From: Negaprion brevirostris
Taxonomy: Eukaryota
Reading direction: 5' to 3'
Length of the DNA: 64,000 bases
NCBI GenBank assembly: GCA_030324005.1
Contig: JARDVH010000084.1
Location: 22,031,423-22,095,422 of the forward strand
Numbering within the stretch: the stretch's first letter is position 1; the number at the start of each line of letters is the position of its first letter. Shown one piece after another: positions 52,836 through 64,000 of the stretch. A program made the position numbers and the translations under genes. The notes under the pieces are model-generated. The model searched no databases and was not told the origin of the DNA. It saw only the letters and a list, made by a program, of their open reading frames with translations.

Positions 52836-53404
52836 GTGAGTTACAAGACTTCCTTACTGTGGCTGTATAACAAATTCCATTTTGAAAATCAAATGAATTA
52901 AAATGAGTTGTCTCAATAGAGCTCTGTAAATTCCTGTTTTAACAATTAATCCCTAGGAAAATGATATTAGGGTAGCTTATAGTATATATACCCATATAGA
53001 CTATAGTTTTACCTAAGTTTACATAAAAGGTATGAAAATCTCTTCTGACATCAGAAGTCCCACGTGAAGTAAGTTCGGTCTAGTTTCAAGCATGTAACTC
53101 TCTACCACTAAACTAATCACAATTGTATCAATCATCTGGATTTTTGTGGAAATTATACTGTTATAGTAGTGGGTTTTNNNNNNNNNNNNNNNNNNNNNNN
53201 NNNNNNNNNNNNNNNNNNNNNNNNATTGTTCCTAGTTTTAGTTTTAAGTATCTTTGAATGCTTCAATTTTGTTTATCAATTCTTTATGTTGCTTCTTCAG
53301 ATGTAGAGGACTCATTTTTGGTGTGCCTTCATGGGTATTCGCAGACCAATCATACAAATTATTCTTCTTAATAAGTACGCTTAGCCATTAAGTTAATAGA
53401 CTTT

Positions 53405-53740
53405 TTTTTGTTCACTCATGAGTTGTGGGCATTGTTGTTTGGGCCAGCACTTATTGCCCATCCCTGAGCGCACTTAAGAGTCAACTACATTACTGTGGAT
53501 CTGGAGTCATGTGAAGGCCAGACCAGGTAAAGACGACAGACTTCCTTCCCTGAAGGATATTAATGAACTAAATGGATTTTCCCAACAGTCAACATTAGTT
53601 TCACAGCCATTGTTAGACTTTTAATTCAGATTTTTATACAATTCAAATTTCATCAACTGTCAGGTGGGATTCAAACCCCCAGAACATTATCTTGGGTCTT
53701 TGGATTACTAGTCCAGTGACTATATTATTGAGCCACTGTG
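53405..53740 (-). mobile_element. tRNA-derived SINE of the second family
   Basis: reverse complement of the 28020-28340 type (TGGATTACTAGTCCAGTGAC, GGGATTCAAACCC). Confidence 0.7.
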
Positions 53741-53865
53741 TAGGGAGTTACACGCACTGATTTTAAATGGATTGGAATTTTATACAGTTTATACTAAAAG
53801 ATTGAATATAGGGTTGTTTCCTTCACTGTAAACAATTGTTTACTCTGGATTTGTTTCCTCTTCAG

Positions 53866-53999
53866 TTCCAGCTCAACCAGCTGAGTTCCAAGCTGAAGCA
53901 GAGTCTGATACCAGCATTGCACTTTCCTGGGTGTTGCGTCCGCAAGAGAAAATTATCAAATATGAACTAATATATTCTGAGGGCATCGATGGCAAAGAG
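53866..53999 (+). CDS. PTPRF: Exon, FNIII-3 N-half (VPAQPAEFQAEAESDTSIALSWVLRPQEKIIKYELIYSEGIDGKE); absent from the ORF track
   Basis: tttcctcttcAG acceptor, GAG|GTATGT donor, 134 nt, phase 1-0. Confidence 0.94.
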
Positions 54000-54139
54000 G
54001 TATGTTGGAGTTCAAATTTATAGAAGAATGAATCATAAGGGAGCATGCAAGACTCTAACTGAGTTAGTCAGTAACAGATTTATGAACGATCTCTGTAGTG
54101 TTTTGCACCATTTCAGTGTAATTTAGGGATTAAACAACT

Positions 54140-54511
54140 GCCTTGCTTCCGTCTTATCTATGTCCTTCATAATCTTGTATGTTTCTATAAGATCTTCCCT
54201 CATTTTTCTGAATTCCAATGAGTATAGTCCCAGTGTACCCCATCTCTCCACATAAGCCAACCTCTTAACTTCTGAATTAACTTAGTGAATCTCCTCTGCA
54301 CCCCCTCCAGTGCCAATATAAAGTAAGGAGACCAAAACTGCACACAGTACTCCGGGTATGGCCTCACAAGCATCTTATACAGTTGCAACTTTACCTCGCT
54401 GTTTTTAAACTCCATCCCTCTAGCAATGAAGGACAAAATTCTATTTGCCATCTTAATTACTTGCTGCACCTGCAAAACAGCTTTTCGTGATTCACGTACA
54501 AGGACACCCAT
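54140..54511 (-). mobile_element. CR1 RT C-terminal fragment
   Basis: LQLYKMLVRPYPEYCVQFWSPY, LEGVQRRFTKLI. Confidence 0.85.
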
Positions 54512-55694
54512 AATTTAAATAATAAATGATAAACCTCTGAAGAAAAATGTTGCAGGAATTTAATGTAATTTTAAATAAAAGCTTTGTAATCTTACTGAAG
54601 TTCATGAGGATTGTAAAATAACAGTGAATATTACTTTGCTTCTGATCTGTTTAATAAAACAATGGGCCCAGATTTCAATTACTAGATTGTCAAGAGACCA
54701 GATGTATGACCAAGGTGCACATCGTCCCAACAAACCTCCCTGAAGTTTGAACTTCCAATGGGCAAATCCCATGCTTCCCAGGACCCACAATGGAAGTCTG
54801 CAACTCTGAGTTGGAATTGAAGACTTTGGACAGATCCGTGTAACTTGCCCAGGATAGTTAGGAAAAATCCTACACTAATTACTGGGTATCTACAGAACAG
54901 ACTCTCAAATCACATGCACTGACCCCTTGACTACCTCTCCTGGCCCAACTCACCTCACCTGCCTGCCACCTACCACCCTATCCATTCAGTCGCATTCACG
55001 CTGGGCATTTAATCTCATAGTACAATAAGTGCCATAAAACAGACCATTTCTTAGCTTGCTACAGTGCTGTGTTAGAGTTCTCCAAGGGATGCTATGCTCC
55101 CCAATTCTGGAGAAACCGGGCAGAGAAGACCTGGTAAGAACGTAGAGCAGTGGCAAAAATTCAAGCACTTGGAAGAGATACATAGTTCAAAGGAGTGGTC
55201 ACACTTCATCAAATGGATTCTTTTTAATATGAGGATGGTGTGCTAAACACAGCAAATACAATTGGCATGCACTTAAATTTTGCAAAAACCTTTGACAGTC
55301 TTCCATCTTGGGGACTAGTAGCTCAAGGATGAAACCATGTGACTGGAGGTTAAGCTGAGTAAATCATTTAAAAGGAGGACAGATTTTAATATAAACTTTT
55401 ATTCCTATTAGATTTAGCATTTATTATCTGTTTTCCTAGGTTTCAGAAGCTAAATTAGGTGTCATGTAATCTATATACCTGTAGTTCAACCAAATACAGA
55501 AATTATTGGCACTAAAGAATTATCCACATAATCCAAATCCACCACTTACACTAAATACATGTAAGAATTTGTTAAACTAATATTCTAATTGTACTTTGGC
55601 ATGTGCAACGTAGGGGCAAAGAAAATCCCAGCTAAGGGCAATAGATCAATGAATGCTTTCAAAATTTATTTCATTTTTGTTATATAATTTACAG

Positions 55695-55839
55695 GAACAA
55701 GTAATCTTTGACCCTAAATCATCGTACACGGTGGAAGGCCTGAAGCCAGACAAAACGTACTACTTCTGTTTGGCTGCACGCTCAGAGCACGGTTTAGGAG
55801 CATATACACAAAAAATTTCTGCAAAAACCATGCAATCTA
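55695..55839 (+). CDS. PTPRF: Exon, FNIII-3 C-half (EQVIFDPKSSYTVEGLKPDKTYYFCLAARSEHGLGAYTQKISAKTMQS)
   Basis: tttacAG acceptor, CTA|GTAAGT donor, 145 nt, phase 0-1. Confidence 0.94.
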
Positions 55840-58300
55840 GTAAGTGTTTAAATCTCTATTATGGTTGTATTGGTTGCAAATGTAAAAGGCGCAGTGAATA
55901 GGATGGGTAAACCATTGGGATTTGGCANNNNNNNNNNNNNNNNNNNNNNNNNNNNNNNNNNNNNNNNNNNNNNNNNNNNNNNNNNNNNNNNNNNNNNNNN
56001 NNNNNNNNNNNNNNNNNNNNNNNNNNNTGGCAGTACTTTTCAAGCTTGTTTATTGAACAGAATTTCAATCTTGGTGTCTTAGGAACCACTCATTAATAGT
56101 TGAATAATTATTCTATTTGCATCAAATAATTTCATGTCAAAAAATAAAAATCTAAATGACAGTGTTTCATTAAATATTGCATCAAAAGTAGAAAAACTGT
56201 TAATGCTACACTATAGTGAATGCACTTTAATGACATATTAAAACATATTTAGAACGAATGTAACACATTCCAAACCAACTGTTCTATTGCTTTTTGATGT
56301 TCACAATCTTCAGATTGTCATTTTAATTTGGTTTATCCAGATCTGTCATTCTGATATAAAGACTGAGAATAGGTATGGCAGGAAACAACGAAGTGTATAA
56401 TTTGCTAAGATTGTCACATTTTATATACACTTTTATGTATGACTGTTCCTGGTGTGTTATCAACGATTGCGTAACTTTTGTGTGGATGGAGTTACCTTTT
56501 CATGTCCAATAGTTGCCTTGGCTAGAGGTCATTAGCATTCACAAGCTATACTAACAATAATTTTCCTTAGTTCTGTATTTGAATTGAGATAAATAGGGAG
56601 GAAAATCTTTTTACCCGAAAAGTGCTTGTGATCTGCAACTCAAAGCCTGAAAGGGTGGCAAAGCTAATTGTGGCTTTCAAAAGTCACCTCAACAGCATTG
56701 CTGACATCAAGCACTGAAAGGGGCCTGTGCGCTGCTGATAAAATTCCAGTGCATTGCCAGAACATTGGATCATTACCGAGTTAATTGATGACCAGCTACT
56801 ACAAGGTCGGAGCATGTCGAGAAGCACTGTGTTCCAAAATACAATTACTTCCAACTCCAAAGCCATTGCCACAGGGCTGAACGAATTCCAGCTTCGGAAT
56901 CTCCTGCACCATGATCACCTCACTGTCCATTTACATCCTACCACACACTCGACTCCATTACAACGCCAAGCTCTTACTCTTGACTCGTATCCTTTTTCTC
57001 CAGCCTGCCTTGTTCTTCACAGAAGAAGGTAGCAATCGGACTTGTATGTCCTTTCATAGCTGTTGCATCAACAAAGACTTGTCTATTACTTTATTATTGT
57101 GATTGAATCTTATTTTGAACAATAGGTATTTCAGAGGGGGAAAAAACTCTTAATGGTTCAGAAGACAATTTGTGAGAATTATGTGGATCCAGAGCCCAGA
57201 TTGCTCAATCACGATAATGGGGTGATGATGCAGTTTTCCGTTATACATGTGGATGTGGGCATTTTTAATAAAACTTATTCAAAAAATGTGATTTAAAAGC
57301 ATGACAGCAGAGAGTCAACAGGGACATTCTGATTTCTGGAGTTTGAGTTGCATTTAAATCTTTTTTCCCAGTCATTTTTATTAAAATATTCTTGAAACAT
57401 TCTATTGGTTTGTTCGCTGACTCAAGTTTTCTCCAGGCCTCTGTTCTTTCTGCAATTCTGCTACTTCTCTAGATCAGTGGTTCCCTCAACTAGTCATCAA
57501 ACTACATCTGCTTTCCCCTTTAAACCGATCCTCATTCATGCAATAAAATTGTTGAAACAATATATTTGTTTTCCTTTATGACCCCACAACTTTCTTGCAA
57601 AACTACAAGTTTATCTACAAGTTACAAGTCCAACCACCCAACATTTTACTTCTGGCTCCAGGCACAGGCCTACAGATACCTCTATTGTGAGACATCTTAT
57701 GATCTCTTAAGCCAAGTCTCAAATTGCATCCATTCCTGAAAGGCCCATTTCTTTTTCATGACTCTTTGCTGTTTATAAAGGCGACATCTTTCAGCTCTTG
57801 AATATTGCTCATTTATTTAGGAACACGCATGGGAGATGATCTATGGCAGGAAACACTTCTATTCTTAGTTCCAGAACTGGATCAAAGTAGGAACTGTATG
57901 ATTTATCCTTTTGAGCTACTGAAGAGGCTTATATAGCCTTTTTTCTCTTTCTGTTATTCTATTGTCTGTTTGCCATTGCTTCTTTCAAGTGTTTTGCCTC
58001 AATCTTCAAGCCTCCATTTATATCCTGCACATACTTTCTGCTTGTGTTGCATCCTTACAATGTTGAAATCATGTCAGTTCTTAATATAACATTGTTTTTA
58101 ACTCAAAAAAATTAGAATTTCTTGCCTCTCTCAGTATCTTATTCTTCCTCCAGGTTGGTAGAATATACAGTGTCAAGTTGGCATCACCTGAGTACTTACT
58201 ACTTCATTTATCTTGATTTCTCTCATTTCACAATTTTACAAATTATTTTTAAAGTTTCCTGTTAGTGGCCAAGTATGTGCAATGAAAGAAAAGATTGAGA

Positions 58301-58481
58301 GTGGGATTTGTAGCCCTTCCTGCCATTGGGATCTTCCAGTCCCACCAAATACGAACCCCAGCAGCAAGACAGGTGAGCCACGCAAAACGCTGTAGACATC
58401 AACAGGACTGGAAGATCCCACTGGGCCAGCCATGGTGAGCCACCTCTGCTACTGGAAAACACACTGGGGGGAAATTCCCAC
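58301..58481. mobile_element. MITE-like hairpin element
   Basis: GTGGGATTT...AAATTCCCAC termini; perfect internal 16-bp inverted repeat 58327-58342 / 58405-58420. Confidence 0.6.
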
Positions 58482-59255
58482 CCCCAATCGCTAGTTCTTT
58501 AGGATAATGGAAGGCAGGCAGTGAGCAATGGGATTGCTGGCACCTAAAGCTGAGTTGTAAATCAATATCTAGCTGTAATCAGTGAGAAGTTGGCATTTCT
58601 AAATTTGAGGACTGTCATTTCCTGATACTTAAAAATTTACATGCATGATTGAGGGCAAACCTATTATCATGCCTTATCCTGGAATATTCCTTTGAGATAG
58701 TGAATGGTGCAAATTAAACTATGAACATTCCCGATGTAATGGTATAATGGAGAGATGGTATGGCTTGCTTAGCTCACAGGTCCTTCCCAAGTTTGGACAC
58801 AGTTAGAATTAATAGTATACTATCAAAATGGAATACCACAAAGTTGTTGCCTTGCTGTGGCCCACGCTCAACTTTGGAACATGCCAGCTAAAGAATATTA
58901 TTCCACTTTTTTATTACCATGGCCAGGCTTGTTAGCCTTGTTAAGATTTGCGATTAATTGCATTAAATATACATAGAATATTTACATTTCTATAATCAGT
59001 GCGCTGAATCATGCTATTTAAACTTCAAATAAAGTTCAGAATAATTAATGATGCATTCTCTACAATTAAGGTAGGTATGTGGCATGAAAGTTCAACGCTT
59101 ATTTTCTGTATTCTTTATCCTACCATAATCATTTTTACTGTATTTATGCATGATTGAATGTTAACATCTAAGTTTAAAATTTTTTAAGGTTTGAATTGTG
59201 TTTTAATTTTTTTGTTGTCAGCATGCTTTTTTTGTTCTAGTATGTATTTTTAGGT

Positions 59256-59311
59256 TCATCATTTGACTTCTTATTTCATTCATTATCCTTCATACCCCTC
59301 CATTTATTCAC
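59256..59311 (+). promoter_or_regulatory. YCAY cluster in the FN4 exon acceptor (candidate NOVA silencer)
   Basis: seven YCAY tetramers in 56 nt immediately before the AG. Confidence 0.6.
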
Positions 59312-59314
59312 TAG

Positions 59315-59620
59315 CCCCCTCCGCCCCACCTCAAGATGTCCATGGATTCTCCATCAGCTCTACCAGCATTCGGGTAAGTTGGCATCCACCGCCAGCAAAC
59401 AGTCGTAACGGTGTCATTACCAAATACTCCATTGTATATCAGGCGGTGGATAGTGAGGACAACGTGAAGCATGTTTTGGACAACATTGAGGCAGATGCAA
59501 CCAGCTCACTAATTGAGGACCTGGAGAAATGGACTGAATATCGGGTGTGGGTAAGGGCTCACACCAACGTTGGGCCGGGTCCGAAGAGCACACCTGTGAA
59601 TGTCCGCACAGATGAAGATG
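59315..59620 (+). CDS. PTPRF: Exon, FNIII-4 (TPSAPPQDV...VRTDED)
   Basis: ttcactAG acceptor, ATG|GTAGGT donor, 306 nt, phase 1-1. Confidence 0.95.
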
Positions 59621-61737
59621 GTAGGTCATTTGAAAATGAAGTTAAATGCCTTCTAATGTTGTGGTACCCCTTTCACCAACTTCTTCATGAAGACAAAAAT
59701 TTTACAAAATATTTCAAAGACGTGATTGAAATTCAGATGGAAAGCTGCTATAATTTCTGCGATTGTTTGTTTTATTGTAAAAGTTAATTGTATTTTTATG
59801 CAATAAAATGCATATGAATATTTTCAGTCACAATAAATATTTTATTTCAGGCATCTTCATGCAAATTGTATTCAAAACAATTCTGTGTAAGTAATGACCA
59901 GGCTATTAGCAAAGGGGTACCACAGTTCCTTATGTAGAAATTACAGTAATTACATCCTCAATTGTTTAAAAAATACATTTCTATGTTTCTTCATAAATAT
60001 GTTCATATATACTTGCACGAATGAATCTCACCCACCAAAATGACAAAGACAACTTGATCCGTGGCAGTCCAGTAAGTGTGTTGATTCAATTTCCATTGAA
60101 AGTGATGAGGGTAATAGATGAACTTGAAACCTTGTCCCCCACTTTGTCCTTGATGTCTGATCTTTTCAAGGTGGCCCACCTGAATAGAAAGTAAATTCTA
60201 ATATGGTTTCAAAATTCATCTTGAGAATTGTGATTTCCAGAGCTTTTGAATGTTTGTTTAGCTTTATTTACTTTACCTTTTCCTTATGGAATAAAGAAAC
60301 TGGAAAAGCACCAGTCTGTCTGTCTGTCTGTTCCTGAAAACTAATACCTCTCAATCATTCACTTTTTTCAATGACTATCCAATTCTTTCTTGAGCTTTAT
60401 TACACCATGTGCCTTCTTAGTCAGTACATTGCTGATAATCATCACCTCCCGTATCCAGCAGTTAAATATTTCTGAACCTTCCTTTCTTAAGCTTGTGAAC
60501 GTACTCCTCGATTCTAAACTTTGTGGTGATTTCTAACATTCTTCAGGGTTTATATAATTTTCTCCTCAAGAATGCCTGGATAATGTTATATTTTAGCTTT
60601 CTCTTCCCCAGTGTAATTAACTTGAAGCTTACCAGCTTCCTGAGATTGATCTCAATTTTAGTTACCAAGCAAAGACTGAGAGTTCCTTGTTCTTGTTGGT
60701 GATGATGAAAAGGTGTATGGGTTGGAATTTTAGAAGATAGTTGTTAGTGGGGGGAGGGGGTGGTCAAAAGCCAGAGTCATCTTGGCATCTTGCTAACCAG
60801 AAACATGATTTTCTCTGGTGTAGTTGGTTCCAAGCATTTTTCTTGCTTGGTTACTTTATATGCCACCTTTAAGAATTTTCAATGGTGTCAACGTTTGTTT
60901 TCACGCTGCTGCATATGATCTTCCTTTTAATACTTGTAATGTTTCTTGCTAACCTAAGCTTCTTTCCTAGCTCTTGTGACTCGTTTCTTAACCTCCTTTA
61001 CCTTATTCATCTCAGTTACACCACCATGCATATACACTAACAACTAATTTACTGACTAAATTTATGTCCTCCTCTCGTGTTTTCCCACATCTTTGGCTGG
61101 TAGAGTTCAAAATTACCCTTTTCTTTACTGTTAGTTAAAATTACCATTTGAAACTTGTACTGATTTCCATTCTAATTACTGAATAAATCCTGATATTAGG
61201 TATTGTCATTCCTATAGGACTACCTTCTATCTTTGTCCTAATATTGAATATGTATCTCCCAGCATGTTCTATTCTGATTTCATATAAGGTTGTTTAGTAG
61301 TTTATGAAAATATTGTATTTCAACTACGGCTTTGTACATATAGAGGACAAATTATGCTTTATATTGAACTTTGGAGCTACGTTGAAAACCGATTAATGTG
61401 AATTCTTTATAGAGAATTTACTGGTGCTTAAATACATGGAAAGAGAAATTCTATTTCCCAATTCAATTTTTAAAGATTTTTAAAAATTCTTTCATGGAGT
61501 GAGTGTCATTTTCAAGGCCAACATTTATTGTCAATCCCTAATTGTCTTGAAAAAGTGTTGGTGAGCTATTAACTTTGTCTAGCTACATGTCAAATGTTTA
61601 CAAATTACTCTCAATCAGTTTAGCTTTCATGGTGGCTGTCAATAATATGCAACAGTGCAAGATAACATTACACCATAAATATTACACAATGCAGTGAATG
61701 ATTCCCAAAGACACATTAAATTGATGAACTTAAAATT

Positions 61738-62500
61738 CCACCAGACTGATTCCTGGGATGGCAGGACTGACATATGAGGAGAGATTGAGTCAGTTAGAAT
61801 AGTATTCACTGGGGTGCAGGAAGAGTAGGGGGGGATCTCATAGAAATCAATAAAATTCGAACAGATTAGGCAGGTTGGATGCAAGAAGGATGTTCCCTAT
61901 GGTTGATGTGTCCAAAACCAGGGTGACAGTCTGAGGACACAGGGTATACCATTTGGGATAGAGATGAGGAGAAATTCTTTCACCCAGAGAGTGGTCAGCT
62001 TATGGAATTCACTTCCACAGAAAGAAGTTAAAGCCAAAACATTGAATATTTTCAGGAAGCAGTGGGTGGCACGGTGGCACAATGGCTAGCACTGCTGTCT
62101 CTCAGCACCAGGGACCCGGATGTGATTCCCAGCTTGGGTCATTGTCTGTGCGGAGTCTGCGTGTTCTTCCTATGTCTGCTTGGGTTTCCTCCAGCTGTGC
62201 CAGTTTCCTCCCACAGTCTGAAAGCAATGCTGGCTTGCTGCATTGGCCATGCTAAATTCTTCCTCAGTGTACCTGAACAAAAGTGTAGCAACTAAGGGAT
62301 TTTCACAGTAACTTCATTCAGTGTGAATGTAAGCCTATTTATGACTAATAAATAAACTTTAGGTGTAGCACTTGAGACAAAAGATATGGGGGGGGAAACA
62401 GGGTCAGGCCATTGAGTTGGATGATTAGCTATGGTAATGAATGGCAGAGCAGACTTGAAGGGATGAATGGCCGCCTCCTGCTCCTATTTTCTATGTTTCT
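61738..62500 (+). mobile_element. CR1 3' end interrupted by an HE1-like SINE (62064-62360)
   Basis: TRLIPGMAGLTYEERLS, EMRRNSFTQRVVSLWNSLP; LINE resumes at TAGGTGTAGCACTTG after the SINE tail. Confidence 0.85.
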
Positions 62501-63154
62501 TTGTAACTGTTTAGTTATCATATCTGGAACCACATAGCACCCCCTACTGACAAAAAGGTGGATGTCTTTCATTCTCTATCCATTTCCTGATGTCGCAAAA
62601 TTTTGAGAGCAAAATTGGTGTTCAGAACTGTACTTTAGGGGATCTGCAGACTCAAAGGTGAAAGTAACTTTGGGAGTTATCCAAAGTAATTGCTAATTAG
62701 TTAGATTGTTCTTTAAGGGTAAATCAGGTACAGATGTTTTAATTCACTATAGGTGCAAAGCAGGCATTTTTTGCTGACACGAGGTAATGAGATTCTTGTA
62801 CACCTAGTTTCTTAGACAACATCAGCTGCTCAGTAGCTGGTCTGTCTAAAAACTGATATCCAGCTGTTATTTTGAACAGACCCGGAACACAGCAAAACAT
62901 GTTAATTTTGTGTTAAGTAGAAAATGCTCCAGATCTATTTGTAGAAGCAACAACTACATGGCAATTAATGTTAGGTGCTAGCTGTTTTATTGGAAGCAGA
63001 CCTGCATTTAAAAAATTTTATATGATAAAGTAGGGGAGTTCTTTACAAAGCTTCATAAAAAGACATTGCAATTGCTCTTCTGGTAAATGTGCCATGTAAT
63101 GTAAAACAGTCATACAAAGACTAGCTCACAAGTCACAGTAATGGTTGGGTGACT

Positions 63155-63320
63155 GTTGCATAGCACTAGTGTCACTGGACTAGTAATCCAGAGGCCCAGG
63201 CTAATGGTCTGGGGACATGGGTTCAAATCCCACCATGGCAGCTTGTGGAATCTATATCAAGTTAACAAGATCCAGTGATGGTGACCCTGAAATCATCATT
63301 GATTGTTATATAACCCATCT
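63155..63320 (+). mobile_element. tRNA-derived SINE of the second family, 5' part entering a gap
   Basis: GTCACTGGACTAGTAATCCAGAGG...GGGTTCAAATCCCACC. Confidence 0.75.
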
Positions 63321-64000
63321 NNNNNNNNNNNNNNNNNNNNNNNNNNNNNNNNNNNNNNNNNNNNNNNNNNNNNNNNNNNNNNNNNNNNNNNNNNNNNNNN
63401 NNNNNNNNNNNNNNNNNNNNNNNNNNNNNNNNNNNNNNNNNNNNNNNNNNNNNNNNNNNNNNNNNNNNNNNNNNNNNNNNNNNNNNNNNNNNNNNNNNNN
63501 NNNNNNNNNNNNNNNNNNNNNNNNNNNNNNNNNNNNNNNNNNNNNNNNNNNNNNNNNNNNNNNNNNNNNNNNNNNNNNNNNNNNNNNNNNNNNNNNNNNN
63601 NNNNNNNNNNNNNNNNNNNNNNNNNNNNNNNNNNNNNNNNNNNNNNNNNNNNNNNNNNNNNNNNNNNNNNNNNNNNNNNNNNNNNNNNNNNNNNNNNNNN
63701 NNNNNNNNNNNNNNNNNNNNNNNNNNNNNNNNNNNNNNNNNNNNNNNNNNNNNNNNNNNNNNNNNNNNNNNNNNNNNNNNNNNNNNNNNNNNNNNNNNNN
63801 NNNNNNNNNNNNNNNNNNNNNNNNNNNNNNNNNNNNNNNNNNNNNNNNNNNNNNNNNNNNNNNNNNNNNNNNNNNNNNNNNNNNNNNNNNNNNNNNNNNN
63901 NNNNNNNNNNNNNNNNNNNNNNNNNNNNNNNNNNNNNNNNNNNNNNCTAAGAAATTGCCCCTTAGTGTCCAGGGATGCATAGGTTAGAGGGATTAGTGGG

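Larger units (their letters stand above)
6530..59620 (+). other. PTPRF: Partial gene span: receptor-type tyrosine-protein phosphatase F (LAR), ectodomain Ig2-Ig3-FN1-FN4; gene extends beyond both window ends
   Basis: Seven AG/GT-bounded exons splice in frame into a LAR-RPTP ectodomain. PTPRF-type diagnostic peptides: [87 protein letters not shown] are less similar in the FN domains (comparison from memory). Confidence 0.88.

Noticed and set aside
1-64000. CRISPR arrays, operons, rRNA or prokaryotic defence systems
   Set aside because: This is vertebrate intron-exon sequence; no regularly spaced repeat-spacer array or prokaryotic gene organisation was seen.

Overview
Eukaryotic, AT-rich, repeat-laden draft-assembly sequence with many N gaps, almost certainly from an elasmobranch (shark/ray), judged by HE1/V-SINE-like, DeuSINE-like and HER1/CR1-like repeats. 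The window lies inside one + strand gene, a LAR-family (type IIa) receptor protein tyrosine phosphatase best matching PTPRF. It holds seven conventional exons covering Ig2, Ig3 and FNIII-1 to FNIII-4 (6530-59620); the gene start and the phosphatase domains are outside the window. Reading the introns by eye reveals three frame-preserving microexons that the ORF track misses: 9 nt meA3 (ESF, 24800-24808), 18 nt meA6 (GGTPIR, 25362-25379) and 12 nt meB (DQQE, 44066-44077). They are flanked by UGC (SRRM3/4), YCAY (NOVA) and UGCAUG (RBFOX) motifs. meA3 is notable because, as I recall, mammalian PTPRF lacks it. The large intron also contains a decayed two-LTR Ty3/Gypsy (Mag-like) provirus with nested LINE and SINE insertions, Penelope-like remnants with degenerate hammerhead cores, and many SINE/LINE fragments. 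Family names come from motif recognition only; no database search was run.
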